A DNA stretch of 64,000 bases from Takakia lepidozioides (taxonomy: Eukaryota > Plantae > Bryophyta). The stretch spans positions 21,762,001 through 21,826,000 of the forward strand of contig CM060732.1 in NCBI GenBank assembly GCA_030704615.1, written 5' to 3'. The notes beneath the pieces were generated by a model. It saw only the letters and a program-made list of their open reading frames with translations. It ran no database searches and was not told the DNA's origin. Position numbers and translations under genes: made by a program. Shown here piece by piece: positions 25,040-36,242 of this stretch (positions are counted from its first letter, which is position 1; each line of letters opens with the position of its first letter).

Positions 25040-25400
25040 GCGGCGCTCCCGGCCACAGTTGTTTTGTTGCCCTTGAAGAGAAATCCGCTAGTGGCAAGGG
25101 GTTGGCAGTGATCAGCAACGCCTCACAGCTTGGTGGCAAGGTTGCGGCAGAGGCGTCATCTGTGGACGTAATAATTTCTCTAGTCGAAACGCCCGGCCAC
25201 CACACTGCAGCTTGGCTCCATGAGGCAGCACGGATCCTTAGACCAGGCGGCCTGCTCTGGTGCAGGAGCCCCTAGCATGTCGAGATGTAGCTTCAGATGA
25301 GCGTCAAAGGCTTGGTGCTGCTACTGTGCAGACACAAGCAGCGTTGGAGCGTGGTCTTTTGCTGGCAAGTTTTGTTGGTTCGAAAGTGGCTTGTGTGCAG
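25040..25400 (+). pseudogene. Captured fragment of anamorsin/DRE2 N-terminal methyltransferase-like domain
   Basis: 'EASSVDVIISLVETPGHHTAAWLHEAARILRPGGLLW/VQEP...QTQAALERGLLLASF' resembles plant DRE2 (SSVD...RILKPGG...ERxLLLAGF). Frameshifted. Confidence 0.6.
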
Positions 25401-26074
25401 GCAATGTCACTGTTGTGGTATCAAGACTTTCAGTCTTTGCGACCGTGAGTGGCATCTTGCAATAATATTGTGTTGTAAAGCAGACGCATGTCTGTGAAGC
25501 CAGTAGAGGAAAGGACGGTGTGTAGCGGCGCTGTGTAAGGAGAGTGCATCGTTGCTGTGAATGAGCGGCTGTGGCTGTAAAGCAGAAAGGAGGACGTTCG
25601 ACGACGCCTCGTGTCGTGGTGTCAATGCATTACGGCGATCAGATTTCTCCTGTTCTGTGAAGAGCAGATCAAAGAGGATTGGTTCCTTGCTTCTATTCAG
25701 GCTGGTTACGTCTCTGGAGGGGAGCTAACCCGTTACTGTTCAGGGTGTGCACCTTCATTGTAGATAAACGAGGCGCTTTGGACCCTTTACCGAGGCTTGG
25801 CGTTGGACGCTTTGAAGTTGGTTGCTTGCAAGCATGAGTAGAGAACATTACACAGGGGGTATGCATGTGGCAAACCTTTTTGCTGGTCAGGCCTGCTCCT
25901 TTGGCATGTCCTGACTTGGCGGAGAAATTTGCTGCCAGAATTTCAACTGTGGATTGAGGTCAGGTCAATCTCTGACAGGCTACTACACCTGCGGAAGTAT
26001 CAGTTATGTTGCCAATAAGATTATTCTGGTTGAATGCTACTGGATCCAAGTTGATTGCATTGCAGAGTTCTGGG

Positions 26075-26275
26075 GATTGGTCCTGCAGAGACGGAGGCTG
26101 GACAAGTTTTGCCAGTTCCCAAACCATGATGGTATTTGACCAGAGAGCAAATTTCTTTCCACCGAGAAAGAGATGATGTTCTGAAGAGGAGCCAGCTCAG
26201 CAGGAATAGGGCCACTCAGTGAATTGAAAGCAAGGTCAAGTACCTGCAGGCTGGAGCAGATCTCTTTGGATGAGT
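26075..26275 (-). pseudogene. Captured LRR receptor-like kinase fragment (EMS1/EXS-like)
   Basis: 'EICSSLQVLDLAFNSLSGPIPAELAPLQNIISFSVERNLLSGQIPSWFGNWQNLSSL' is a plant-specific LRR (LxxLDLxxNxLSGxIP). Confidence 0.75.
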
Positions 26276-28234
26276 GTGCATCACAACGGTTCTTTGGCAC
26301 ACTCATGTTGCAGCATGAAATTGTGAGCAGTGCGGGAGGCAAAGAAGACGGGGCCCATTGCAGAGCAAGGGTGCTCCCTGCTATGAGTCAGTTCTTGCCT
26401 CGTCCTGCTGCCGCTCACTGTTGCAAGCTCCATCTTCAGCCGCAGCGTGCAGGCCCAGTTCGAGGAAGAGGAGCAAGAGCGTAGGAGCAGATCCGCCATC
26501 GCCAGAGCTCAGATGCCCCGCCATCGGAGAAGATTCACAGGCTAGTTGATGAAATTTCCAGCCTCACTCTACTTGGAGTTTCGGATCTCACAGAACTCAA
26601 ATGAAATGGGAACAGCAGGCACGTGGCCAGGGAACCTAGGGAACCATATAGAACTTAAGGAACCGGGAACCAGTTCCAGATATTTTGGGTGTAACTTTAA
26701 ATTTTTAAACTTGAAAACCTAATAAAAAAAAAAAAACCCTTTGATCTAATTTAAATGATTTAGAGCCAAATTGGTCATATCTTTGTCAAATGCTCCGTTT
26801 GACTCAGTTTTTGGGGATAGCTGCAGAAAGGGGAAATCTACCTATCTAGACCTGGTTTTTTTTTGGGACTCTGCTAAAAATCTATGGAATTTTTAGAGTG
26901 TGAGTGTGCCATGAAAGATCCACAATCCTGTTTCTAGAACCTGTTCTGGTCTATATGAGAGACAAATCTGGGATGTACTCCTTGTATGGCTGGGGGAAAT
27001 GAGGACGTAATTGAAGGGCAGGTCTCTTCTCTTAGCCTGTGCACACAAGGGGACGATTTATGTTTCCCAAGGAACTCAGACTGATTTGAGTGGAGAACAG
27101 TTGGACGAGTTGATTGCATACTGGGAGTCAGGCATTAGCAGTAGACAACAGACTGCTGTAGTTGGCGTTGAGGGCCTCAATATCGCCTTGGACAGTCAGA
27201 ACTCTGTTGGAGCCAGCAGTTCTGCAGCTGTAGGTGAAATACCAAAGTGGGTGAAAGCTAGGCTTGGAACACAGCCAAAGACAGCCCCGGGACCAAGGTG
27301 TTCAGCCACAAGGCCGTGGTGTACTGGAGCAGAGGAGCAGGAGCTACACAAGTTTGTGCAATCAGACAGGTTGCAGCCGGACACGCTCTGCACAAGGCAA
27401 CCACGAGCGGGGGTTCATTAGCAATGACAAGTTTGTTCTGCTTGAAGGAGATGCAGTCATTCGCAATGAGGACACCCGCAACCGTCTCAAAGCTTTCGAG
27501 TTGAGAGACTATCAGACCCTACCTTTGTTTTCTTTAGTGTTCAGTGAGCGGAGATAGGAGTATTGCTTTGTCTCTACCTGGCAGAAGAGGAGGAGGGTTG
27601 GTTAGAGCGAGCTACTGTAGCTTGGGACAAGGTTAGTGGCAGGTTTTGGACATAGATATACCTCCTACACCTTACCATCATGCAGAGCGAGGCACTTTGA
27701 GAAGTCTGGCAGTTGATAGCATAGATCAGGATTAGATCTTGCTTGGTCGGGCTTCTATTCTTCCCCTCCATCTCTGTACTATTTTCATTACCTTGTACTT
27801 GTAGTTGCCAAAGCCTCTCTTGGTGGAGGCCAGTCAGTCCGGGGTTTTGGGCTGGGATATTCTGCAGGATCAGCATTGCAGCTGGATTTTGGTGTGGGGT
27901 GTTGATGTTTTGATTTCTTGTGTTTGGATCCCCCCCAACACCTGCATGCTTGACTGTGCGCCATGTTGGTTTGTGTGGGCGCTTGCTTTCATAGGGATTA
28001 GGCCGGATTTGATCACCGGTCAATCCTAGAGTATGCTGTCGGTGGTGAGGCTGGAGTGATGACCAGCAAGACCACCAGTGTTTCTTCTATGGTGAGGCTG
28101 GGTTGATGACCAGCCAACCATAGGAGTTCTTGCGGTGGATGCAGGTGCAGGTGCCCTGAGCCATTGGGATATGACCCTTAAACTGCAACAGGTGCCCACC
28201 CGTGTCACTATTAGATTAGTACTAGAGCCTTATA

Positions 28235-30002
28235 GTGTCACGTGGAGGAGGTGCACATTTGAGTGTCATTACGGAGTTACCCAAGGGTTTTGAGGGGAGT
28301 ACGGCTACAGGCAGTAACAGTGAGAGTGGGTTCACAAGACGAGGTATTCGGTTCAGACCACCTTCACCGCCACCCTCAATTACTGTAGAGTCAGACACAG
28401 ACTCGGAGGCTTCATCAACAGGTGTGCACTTTCATTCGCCATTGTTGTGGGACGACATGGAGGAGATGTATGGAGCTACCAAGGGGCCTCGTAGGTACTC
28501 TGGAGCTGTGGGCACAATCGAGTTGGATGACTTTATCCAGGAGTTCGACAGCTGGTGTGATTTGCAGCAGATGCGCAATCCACAGCTATTCACCCCATTC
28601 ATGGCGTGGAAGGGACTGTTCCAGCATTTGGAAGGCCCGCCTATGGACGATTACCACGAGTTCAGGCGAGGACATGAAGCAGAGATTGAGGAGTGGAGGA
28701 TGTATTGGTCACCTGACTACGTCTCCATTACTCGAGGCACGACGCGACCAGTAGCTGCATCAGTACCAATAGCTCCCACTGCCAGCACTAGTAGTGGAGC
28801 AAGTAGTGCTGGTACTTCTGCAGGTGGTACCAGTTCAAAAGGTGCTACTCCTCCTGCCACGACTACAACACATGTGCCTAGATTCAACCCGGTGGTGGAG
28901 TTCTTCCAGGAGTTGCGGAGGAACTACCAAGGTGTACGGACAGAGAAGCTGCGAAGTTTGCAAGACTTCCAGCGCAAACCCAGTGAGAGCCTGCGAGAGG
29001 CGTACACTCGTATGAGGCGCTTGATAAGTGTGACCCAAGGGGTTACTGAAGCTCAGGCAATCCAGTTTTGGTATGGAATTCTGGACAAGGAGCTCAAGAG
29101 AAGGGTGCGAGATGCAACCCTGTTACAAGCAGCCCAACCCACATTAGCAGATGTGTTTGCTGGCTGAGCGGATTGAGCTCAACATGGTGGAGGAGCGAGT
29201 TGTTACAATTGGATTTGGCAAGGACATGCCTGCACGAGGCGCAGCTGCCAGCCCACAGGCACAAGGGACTGCCCAACAGCGTGGTCAGGGGGGCAAGGTT
29301 GCCCCCAAGTTCCATGGAGCTTACAGGGGACCTCAGGTGCAGAGGCCCGTGGCATCTTTTGCAGGCCAACAGCAACCAGGGGTGATATGTTGGACATGTG
29401 GAGGACCCCATGTCAAGAGAGATTGCCCAGAGAGTGGCAAAAGGCCGGCACAAGCACAGCCTGCACAGTTGCAGTGTGGGCATTGTGGCAAGTATGGGCA
29501 TGGAGATGCCCAGTGTTATGACTTGCATCCTGAGTTGCGCCCAGGCCAGTTCCAAGGGAACAATGGTGGCCGGGGGCGAGGTGGACCAGCCCAAAGAGGA
29601 CGAGGTGGTCGGGCACGAGGTGCAGGCCAAGGGCAAGCTCCACATGGCCAAGGACGCGGAGGTCAGGGTGTTGACCAAGGCATGGCCAACCGGCTTCAGC
29701 AGCTAGAGCAGAGGCTCGCTGCCATGGCTATAGCTCAGGCGGTACCGGCTCCCAGGCGGGATGGTCCACCTCCTGCTCCTGAGGGAGGAGATATGGGAGG
29801 CATGGGATTCATGTGCGGAGCAGCACTACCACTAGAGCAGGTGGAGTCTGCTGCAGCCGTGACTCGAGGAGCAGCACGAGTTCCTGAGCCACGAGGTGCA
29901 GAGGTGGAATTGGATCCACAGCGTGGGGAGGCAAGCCGTCAGGCGAGGCTTCCTCAGTCATTCACATTGGCGGAGAGTGTCGACGCCATCCATGGCACCT
30001 AG
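28235..30002 (+). pseudogene. gag: gag (capsid plus two zinc knuckles, Gly/Arg-rich tail), one frameshift near 29160
   Basis: 'LQDFQRKPSESLREAYTRM...QFWYGIL', CWTCGGPHVKRDC, CGHCGKYGHGDAQC. Confidence 0.85.
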
Positions 30003-31039
30003 TTCTCGCCCGACTGTTACCGAGGCGGAGGTTACTATGCCATTGGGGAGAGCTACACGTGCAGCACTGACACCTGCTACCAAGGCTAGTGCAGCCGGTG
30101 TGTTATTGGGGGCAGCCACCTCTGTGTGTCAAGCCCCACTGTTCTCGGCAACCATGATTGCGACGCCGGGGGTAAGACCAGCTGCAGTGTTCAGACTAGC
30201 AGCAACACTCTGTGAGAGTGGGGAGGTCACTTCATCTTCTGCGGAGTTAGTGGAAGGTGTAGTGGCAGAGGATCCTCGGATTTGAGGGTCAAGACTGCCA
30301 CGGCTGCGCCCTGGCAAGCTGCAGCTGCCAGGTTGACGGAGCTGCCAGCTAGGCCAGCCTTTGAGCGCGCCATGGTGACACCTGGAGTTGTCTTGTTAGA
30401 CAACCAGGGAGGCATTTTCTTTGAGTTCAAAGGGATTGCCACTCAGGGGCTTTGACCTGGAGGGGCAAGTCATGATGTTGCTTGAGGAGATAAGGATGGT
30501 TAGGCAGATCGGGCACGGGGATTAGATAACGATATCATGAATACCGAGCCAGGCCATTGTGACAGACGCGGTCTCTTACGATGTCCTAGTTGGTGGGCAG
30601 TGTATACCCCATGGGCTTCACCCTAGACTTTGGGAGGAGTCGCATCCTACAGGCCTGGATGGCAGTTAGGCGATGGTCGCCCGTGCACAGCTCCCTGTGA
30701 CATTCATTGGGGGTATAGCGGCTGCCCAGCGGGGCAACAAGATGCCAACACTAGCCGCCTTACAGCTGCAGTTAGTGGCCTGGAGAGTGCTGGAAGGCAA
30801 TGCCCATGCAGAGGATGTGCCACCTCCAGCAGAGCAGGATGACATGCATGGTATGGCGGAGGTGGTCTGCCATGGTTGCTCACACTCCATTGTGGGTACG
30901 AGCAAGGATTGCAGCAGGTTGCTGATCGAGGGGTGCAAACAAGCCTGGGTAGAGGCTTTTGTACCGTCAGGAGAGGAGGAGAGTACGGGTATTGCACCAG
31001 GACCACCTCAGTTGTCACAATTGGATACCACACCTATGT

Positions 31040-32000
31040 GTGGCAGTATCGGATGAAGGCATTGCCTTCTGGACTTGTTTGGCGGGATCAGCACCGGATT
31101 GGCTGCTGTGCTAAGGCAGGTGTGCGGGTAAGCGTTACCTGTATGTGGAGAGGGATGAGACTGCGCGACGCGTTTCACTGCGCCATGTTGCTCAGTTGGT
31201 ACAGAAGTACCCTGCTTTGTTACCAGTGTCTGCAGTTCATGGATACCAACAAGCCGGCAGCAGGACATTTCGTTTGCTGGGGGCGCCGGATTTGAGCAGG
31301 TGTCTCCATTGATCTGGATAGTGGCAATTGGCCCTGCCAAGGGCCAATCATCATGGATTGCGAGACTCGAGGACGGGTCTTGTTTTGGAGATGGTGCGGA
31401 TTTTGGCGCCAATTGCAGCTTAATCAAGCTGTATCGCCAGCATACATCTTAGAGAATGTGCCACTGATGGCGATTCCGGGCCTTGGGTGATGGCAGTGCA
31501 ATCAAGTCCGGTCGTGGCTTGGGTCAGCAGTGCTGCTGGATGCAGCTGCAGTGGGATCACGGGCTCATCGTCCACAGGTATGGTGGACTAACTTGATGCC
31601 ACCCGCACTGCTCAAGCGTGCCTTTGATGGGGGGAAGCAGCCAGCACACCTCACCGGGACTGGATGGCATTTGGACACAGGGAGGCAGTCTCAACGTGTG
31701 AGACACGATGACCGTTCGCCTTTGGCCAGAGTGGTCAACAGGGTGGGTCAACCACGAGCAGCATTACCTACACATGCTCAGCTTCCCAGGATACCATGCT
31801 TTTCGGGATGGTGGACCTGGCCTCCTGTGGGAATGCTCAGTTGCAGCAGTTAGTGGAGCCTAATGCCGACGAGCGAGAGCGGGCTATGGGGTTTCCACAG
31901 GGACCACGGCGGTGCCTTTCTTTCTGAGGCATCACGGCGTCAGGTGTTGGGGCAAGCAATGGATCTTCAATTGCTTGACCTGGATTGTCAGCTTGGCTAT
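31040..32000 (+). pseudogene. DNMT3-like C5-cytosine DNA methyltransferase domain inside pol, between the protease region and RT
   Basis: Motif I LLDLFGGISTGLAAVL...RYLYVE (31066-), IV WPCQG (31329-31343), VI YILENVP (31443-31463), VIII LDAAAVGSRAHRPQVWWTN (31533-), IX EPNADERERAMGFP (~31855-), X RRQVLGQAMDL (~31936-). All in canonical order, split by 1-bp indels. Confidence 0.9.
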
Positions 32001-32379
32001 GGATGAGCAACGTAGAGGCGGAGTGCACTCCCTTCATGTCTCTGCCTACCGAGACGGGTAAGGCAACGAGTGGGGCGAGCCGGGTGAGGACCACGGGGTG
32101 TAGACATCCATGTCACACGTGGGAGGTGCTCGAGGTTAAGGAGGGAGGGTGGCAGCCAAGGCAGCTGTGATGGATGAGGTGGGGATTCTTTTCTGGGATG
32201 AGGAGGTTCTCAATGATGAGATGATGGGGCAGGATGAGGCAGTGTCATGACTGAGCAGAAGGGGAGTACTGCTCAAGAGGTTCAGAATAGCAACCACGGA
32301 ACGCGTCCTCACCTCTAAGCCACTGGACTAAGGTTGCAGTTACGGAGGACAATTGGGAGCATGACATTGGACCCATTGG

Positions 32380-35200
32380 CACTGGAGGAGAGAGACGACA
32401 TATACGGCGGTTCCTGAGGGCTTACAGGAATTGCTTTGCCTCAGTTTGAAGGACTTGGGAGCAACTGAAGGGTCAGAGAATCCGTATTGAGTTGGCCACT
32501 GACACGCCCATCTTCGGAGACCCTATAGATACAGTGACATGGAGAGGTCTTTGATTCAGATGAGGACTCAAGATCTCTGGGAGGCCAGGTTTGGTGGAGC
32601 TCTATGGTGGAGAGTATGCTTCAGCACAGTGCTGCAGCCAGAAGGAGGTCTATGGCAATTGGACGGAGAGAACGTATGTGCGGTGATTACCGGCCTGTAA
32701 ATCGTCTAGACCAGTCCGATAGGTATCCATGCCGACAACAGAGGAGATCTTTGATGCCATTGGGCATTCCAAGGTCTTTAGCACGTTGGATTTACGATCC
32801 GGATATCACCAGTTGCCGATCAAGGACGGCGGATAAGCAAAAAAGACGAATTGGGGGATCAATGAGCACGGGAAGGATTGCCTATACCAGTGGCGGTTCT
32901 ACCATTGGGCTTAAAAACGCTCCCGCTGAGTTTCAAGAGTCATGGACAGGATTCTAGCAGGGGTGGAGTTGCTCGGTGCTAATAGATGACATCATCATCT
33001 TTAGTGCTACGGTGGAGGAGCATGAGAGACACCTTCAAGGGGTATTTGAGCGCTTGAGACGCACGGATTGAAGTTACATCCGCCGGCAAGTGCAAGTTTT
33101 CCACAACCAGATTGAGAATCTGGGTCACATGATATATCCGGAGATTGGGGGTACAGCAGACTAAGGTAGAGTCCATTGCACAGGTTCCACGCCCCACGGA
33201 TGTTTTTTGAGCCGAGTTCGAGCTTCATGGGGTTAGCAAACTATTACAAACGTTTGTTAAGGGATTTAGTGCCATTGCAAAGGCTCTAACCAAGCTGACC
33301 AAGGGGGACCAGGAGTGGCAGTGGAAGATGAGCAAGAACGAGCTTTTCCACGAGCTCAAGGCGAGGTTGACCTCGGCGCCCTCTTGAGACGACCTATCAG
33401 GGGCGTCTTTTCAGCTGCATAAAGATTGGAGCATGCTGGGGCTTGGAGCGGTGCTCACACAGATGGATGATGAGGAAGAGAGTTCGTAGTGGATATGCTA
33501 GTCGCTCGAACACTGCTGCAGAGTCTAAGTATAGCTCATATGAGGGAGAATGCTTAGCTGCAGTGGGGCCGTGCAACACTTCAGGTTATCTATACGGCAA
33601 TCTCTTCACCCTTGTCACGGATCACCAACCACTCAAGTGGTTGATGGAGTCAGACAAGCTTACGGAGAAGCTTGCACGGTGGGCACTCATCCTTCAAGAG
33701 TATGACTTTCAGGTGGTGCATCGACCGGTTTGGTCAATCGCAATGCGATGGGTGAGTCGCAATCCATGCACGAGCCAGCAGGATGACACTGGAGCTCGGT
33801 GGCATGGTGAGAAGGACGAGGAGATGGTCCCGGATGCATGCATCTGCATTTCTTGTATCTGGCAGCGGAAGGCCAGGTTGGACCTGCAACAGGGATGACT
33901 GTAGATCAAGTGTCTTAGGACCCTGAGGCCAGAGCAATGAGCAATGGTGCGCCAAAGATTATACATGAGGATTCAGTTGGTTGGACTACCTCCGCACTGG
34001 AGACACTGCAGCCACTGTGATGCCAAGGAGAGGGATCGGATCCTACACAAGCCAAGAGGTTCAAGTGGGAGGGGACACACCTGCTCCGAGTGTGGGAGGA
34101 TGGTCGAGTGAGGATTGTGCCTCACCCAACACAGCGGGCACGGTTAGTGCGCATGCCCATGAGGAGTTGGGGCATTTGGGTGCGACGCACTCATAGTCTA
34201 ATGCAGGGCTGTATTGGTGGCGTGGTATGCACACAGAGGTGCAAACAATTTGTGGCTAGGTGCATGGTGTGTGACAGGGTGCGTGCTTCATCAACGCCCC
34301 CTACTCCACAATTGCATCCTCTTCCGATCATGGGATTGGGCTACAGGTGGAGTCTTGACTTCGCAGGGCCATTGCCATGACCATGCGCCACAACAAGTAC
34401 GTGTTGGTGATGGTGGAACACTTCTCCAAGTGGATTGAATTGGTTCCATTTGCCTGATAAGGCTAGTGAGGGAGCTGCGTATGCTTTCTTGGATTGTGTG
34501 CTTAGCCGATTCGGTGCTCCGGCTGAGGTACTCACGGACCAAGGGAGAGAGTTCTTGGGGAGTTTCAGGCTTTGTGTGACAAGCCTTGATAGACCACCGC
34601 ACCACTTCTTGGATCATCCTGAGGCCGATGTTGGCTTGGCAGATAGAGTGTTTTCAGACAGTAAAGGGGTTTGCGCAAGTATGGCTTGCAGAAGGAGACC
34701 CTAGGAGATGGGACCTCAGTTACCTTGGTTAGCCATGGGCTACAGGTTCAGCAAGCAAGCATCACTTGCCTCCTTCTCACCAACTTTCTTCTCTTTGGCC
34801 GAGAGCCGGATTTGCCTACATCCATTCGTAGAGAAGCTGCTACAGTTCTTAACCTTGACGATCCGGACGTGTGGGCACGTGCATGTGAGCAGCGTGCAGA
34901 GTTGTTCAAGAGAGTCATGCCCATGGCTTTCGAGAACCTTGCATTGCACAAACACCGTGATACGTTGAGGTATGCTACCATACGTGGTGGGGGCTATCGT
35001 CCTGGGGTTTGGAGATTCAACCCTGGTGACTATGTCTATCTGCAGCAGACTGCTCCTACGACCCTGGATGTGACTGCAGGACGTGTTATTTTGAGGTTCG
35101 AGAGGTCTTGCCTTCAGGCGTCTTGGTCTTGGAGGGTCGGGATGGCATAACTTGGAAGGACCATGTGCGTAATTGTGCGCCATGTCACCTTCCGAATGTC
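32380..35200 (+). pseudogene. pol: RT, RNase H and DDE integrase of the gypsy element; heavily frameshifted
   Basis: 'RMCGDYRPVN', 'LDLRSGYHQ', 'GLKNAPAEFQ', 'IDDII', 'SKYSSYEGECLA', 'TDHQPLKWL...LARWALILQEYDF', 'HAHEELGH..CMVC..WSLDFAGPL..VEHFSKW..TDQGREF'. Confidence 0.92.
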
Positions 35201-35249
35201 GATGGCAGGATTGACCCAAAACCTGGCAGTGGTATCTGCAAGTTTGAGG

Positions 35250-35385
35250 TGCATGTTGTGTGGGTCTGCTAAAGGGGCAGCCACCATGCTGTGTGTGATC
35301 GATGCTCTAGAGGTTGGCATATGGGATGCTTGACTCCACCTCTTGAGATGGTTCTGATGGGGATTGGTTATGTCCACATTGCATG
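35250..35385 (+). pseudogene. PHD finger at the integrase C-terminus
   Basis: CMLCGSAKGAATML.CDRCSRGWHMGCLTPPL...DGDWLCPHC (C4HC3) reads through small indels. Confidence 0.85.
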
Positions 35386-35650
35386 GATAGTGGGAGTGGA
35401 TACAACCATGGAAGGCTAACAAGAAACGCAAGGTCCAGCTACTAGGAGACCTTGAATACACGAGGTCCTGGCTCAAGTTCACAGATTGCAAGATGGCGAC
35501 TAACGATGGGGCTACTCTTGTACCCGGCCTCTTGGTCTATAGAGTTTGAGTGCAATAGGGGCAGTGATAGAGGACTTAGTACGGCTGTGGCTATTACATC
35601 TTGTAGCTATCTGGAGGTAGAGGGACCTACCCACCAGCTAGGGGGGCGAT

Positions 35651-36179
35651 TGTGGCAGACTACTTTATTGTGCACATATGTGTGGTGTGGTTTGGACAGT
35701 GATGTAGTTGTGTAGCGATATGTATGCGTACGACAGCTGTCAAGTTAAATAAGCACAGTGTGAAAACAGCTAGAATAAAACTAGTTATTTGTATTTAACA
35801 CTTGGATTTAGGTCAAGTGTTAAATCAGGTGTCAAGTTTAGTTTGACACCTGGTCCGTCTTATCTTCACGAGAGCGGCAGTCGTGCGGCTCATCTCTCTC
35901 GAGTTGAGCCTACGCGACCGAGCTCCTTCATTCTTGAGATCTGAGTGTGCTTATGATGGGAGTGTAGGTCGTTGTGGGGTGGAGTCCCCATAGCTTGGGG
36001 TGCCCCTGGCTCGACTATTATTTCAAAGAGTGATGTTGAGGGATTTCATATTTCTGGTGTTGAGAGTGTGTGTCCTTTCAAGCTTTCTTATCATTGTGGC
36101 AGACTACTTTATTGTGCACATATGTGTGGTGTGGTTTGGACAACGATGTAGTTGTGTAGCGATATGTATGCGCACGACA
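35651..36179 (+). repeat. 3' repeat block B1 (35651-35735)-GC-A2 (35738-36093)-T-B2 (36095-36179), preceded by a PPT (35640-35649)
   Basis: B1 and B2 are 85-bp direct repeats (3 mismatches) and A2 matches A1. Purine tract AGGGGGGCGA precedes B1. Confidence 0.93.
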
Positions 36180-36242
36180 GACCCCTTGACTGTGTGCGCC
36201 AGCGCACTCAATTTTTGGTCTGTCCACCCAGGCCCTACTTAC

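Larger units (their letters stand above)
24297..36179 (+). mobile_element. Ty3/gypsy retrotransposon with pol-embedded DNMT3-like methyltransferase, PHD finger, self-priming PBS and permuted (A..B-A-B) LTRs
   Basis: Termini TGTCA (24297) and CGACA (36179). 4-bp TSD GACC (24293-24296, 36180-36183). Order gag, PR region, C5-MTase, RT, RH, IN, PHD. Confidence 0.92.

Noticed and set aside
24297-36179. DIRS/Ngaro tyrosine-recombinase retrotransposon, suggested by the split repeats
   Set aside because: It encodes an HHCC/DDE integrase, no recombinase motif was seen, and it has TG..CA ends with a TSD.
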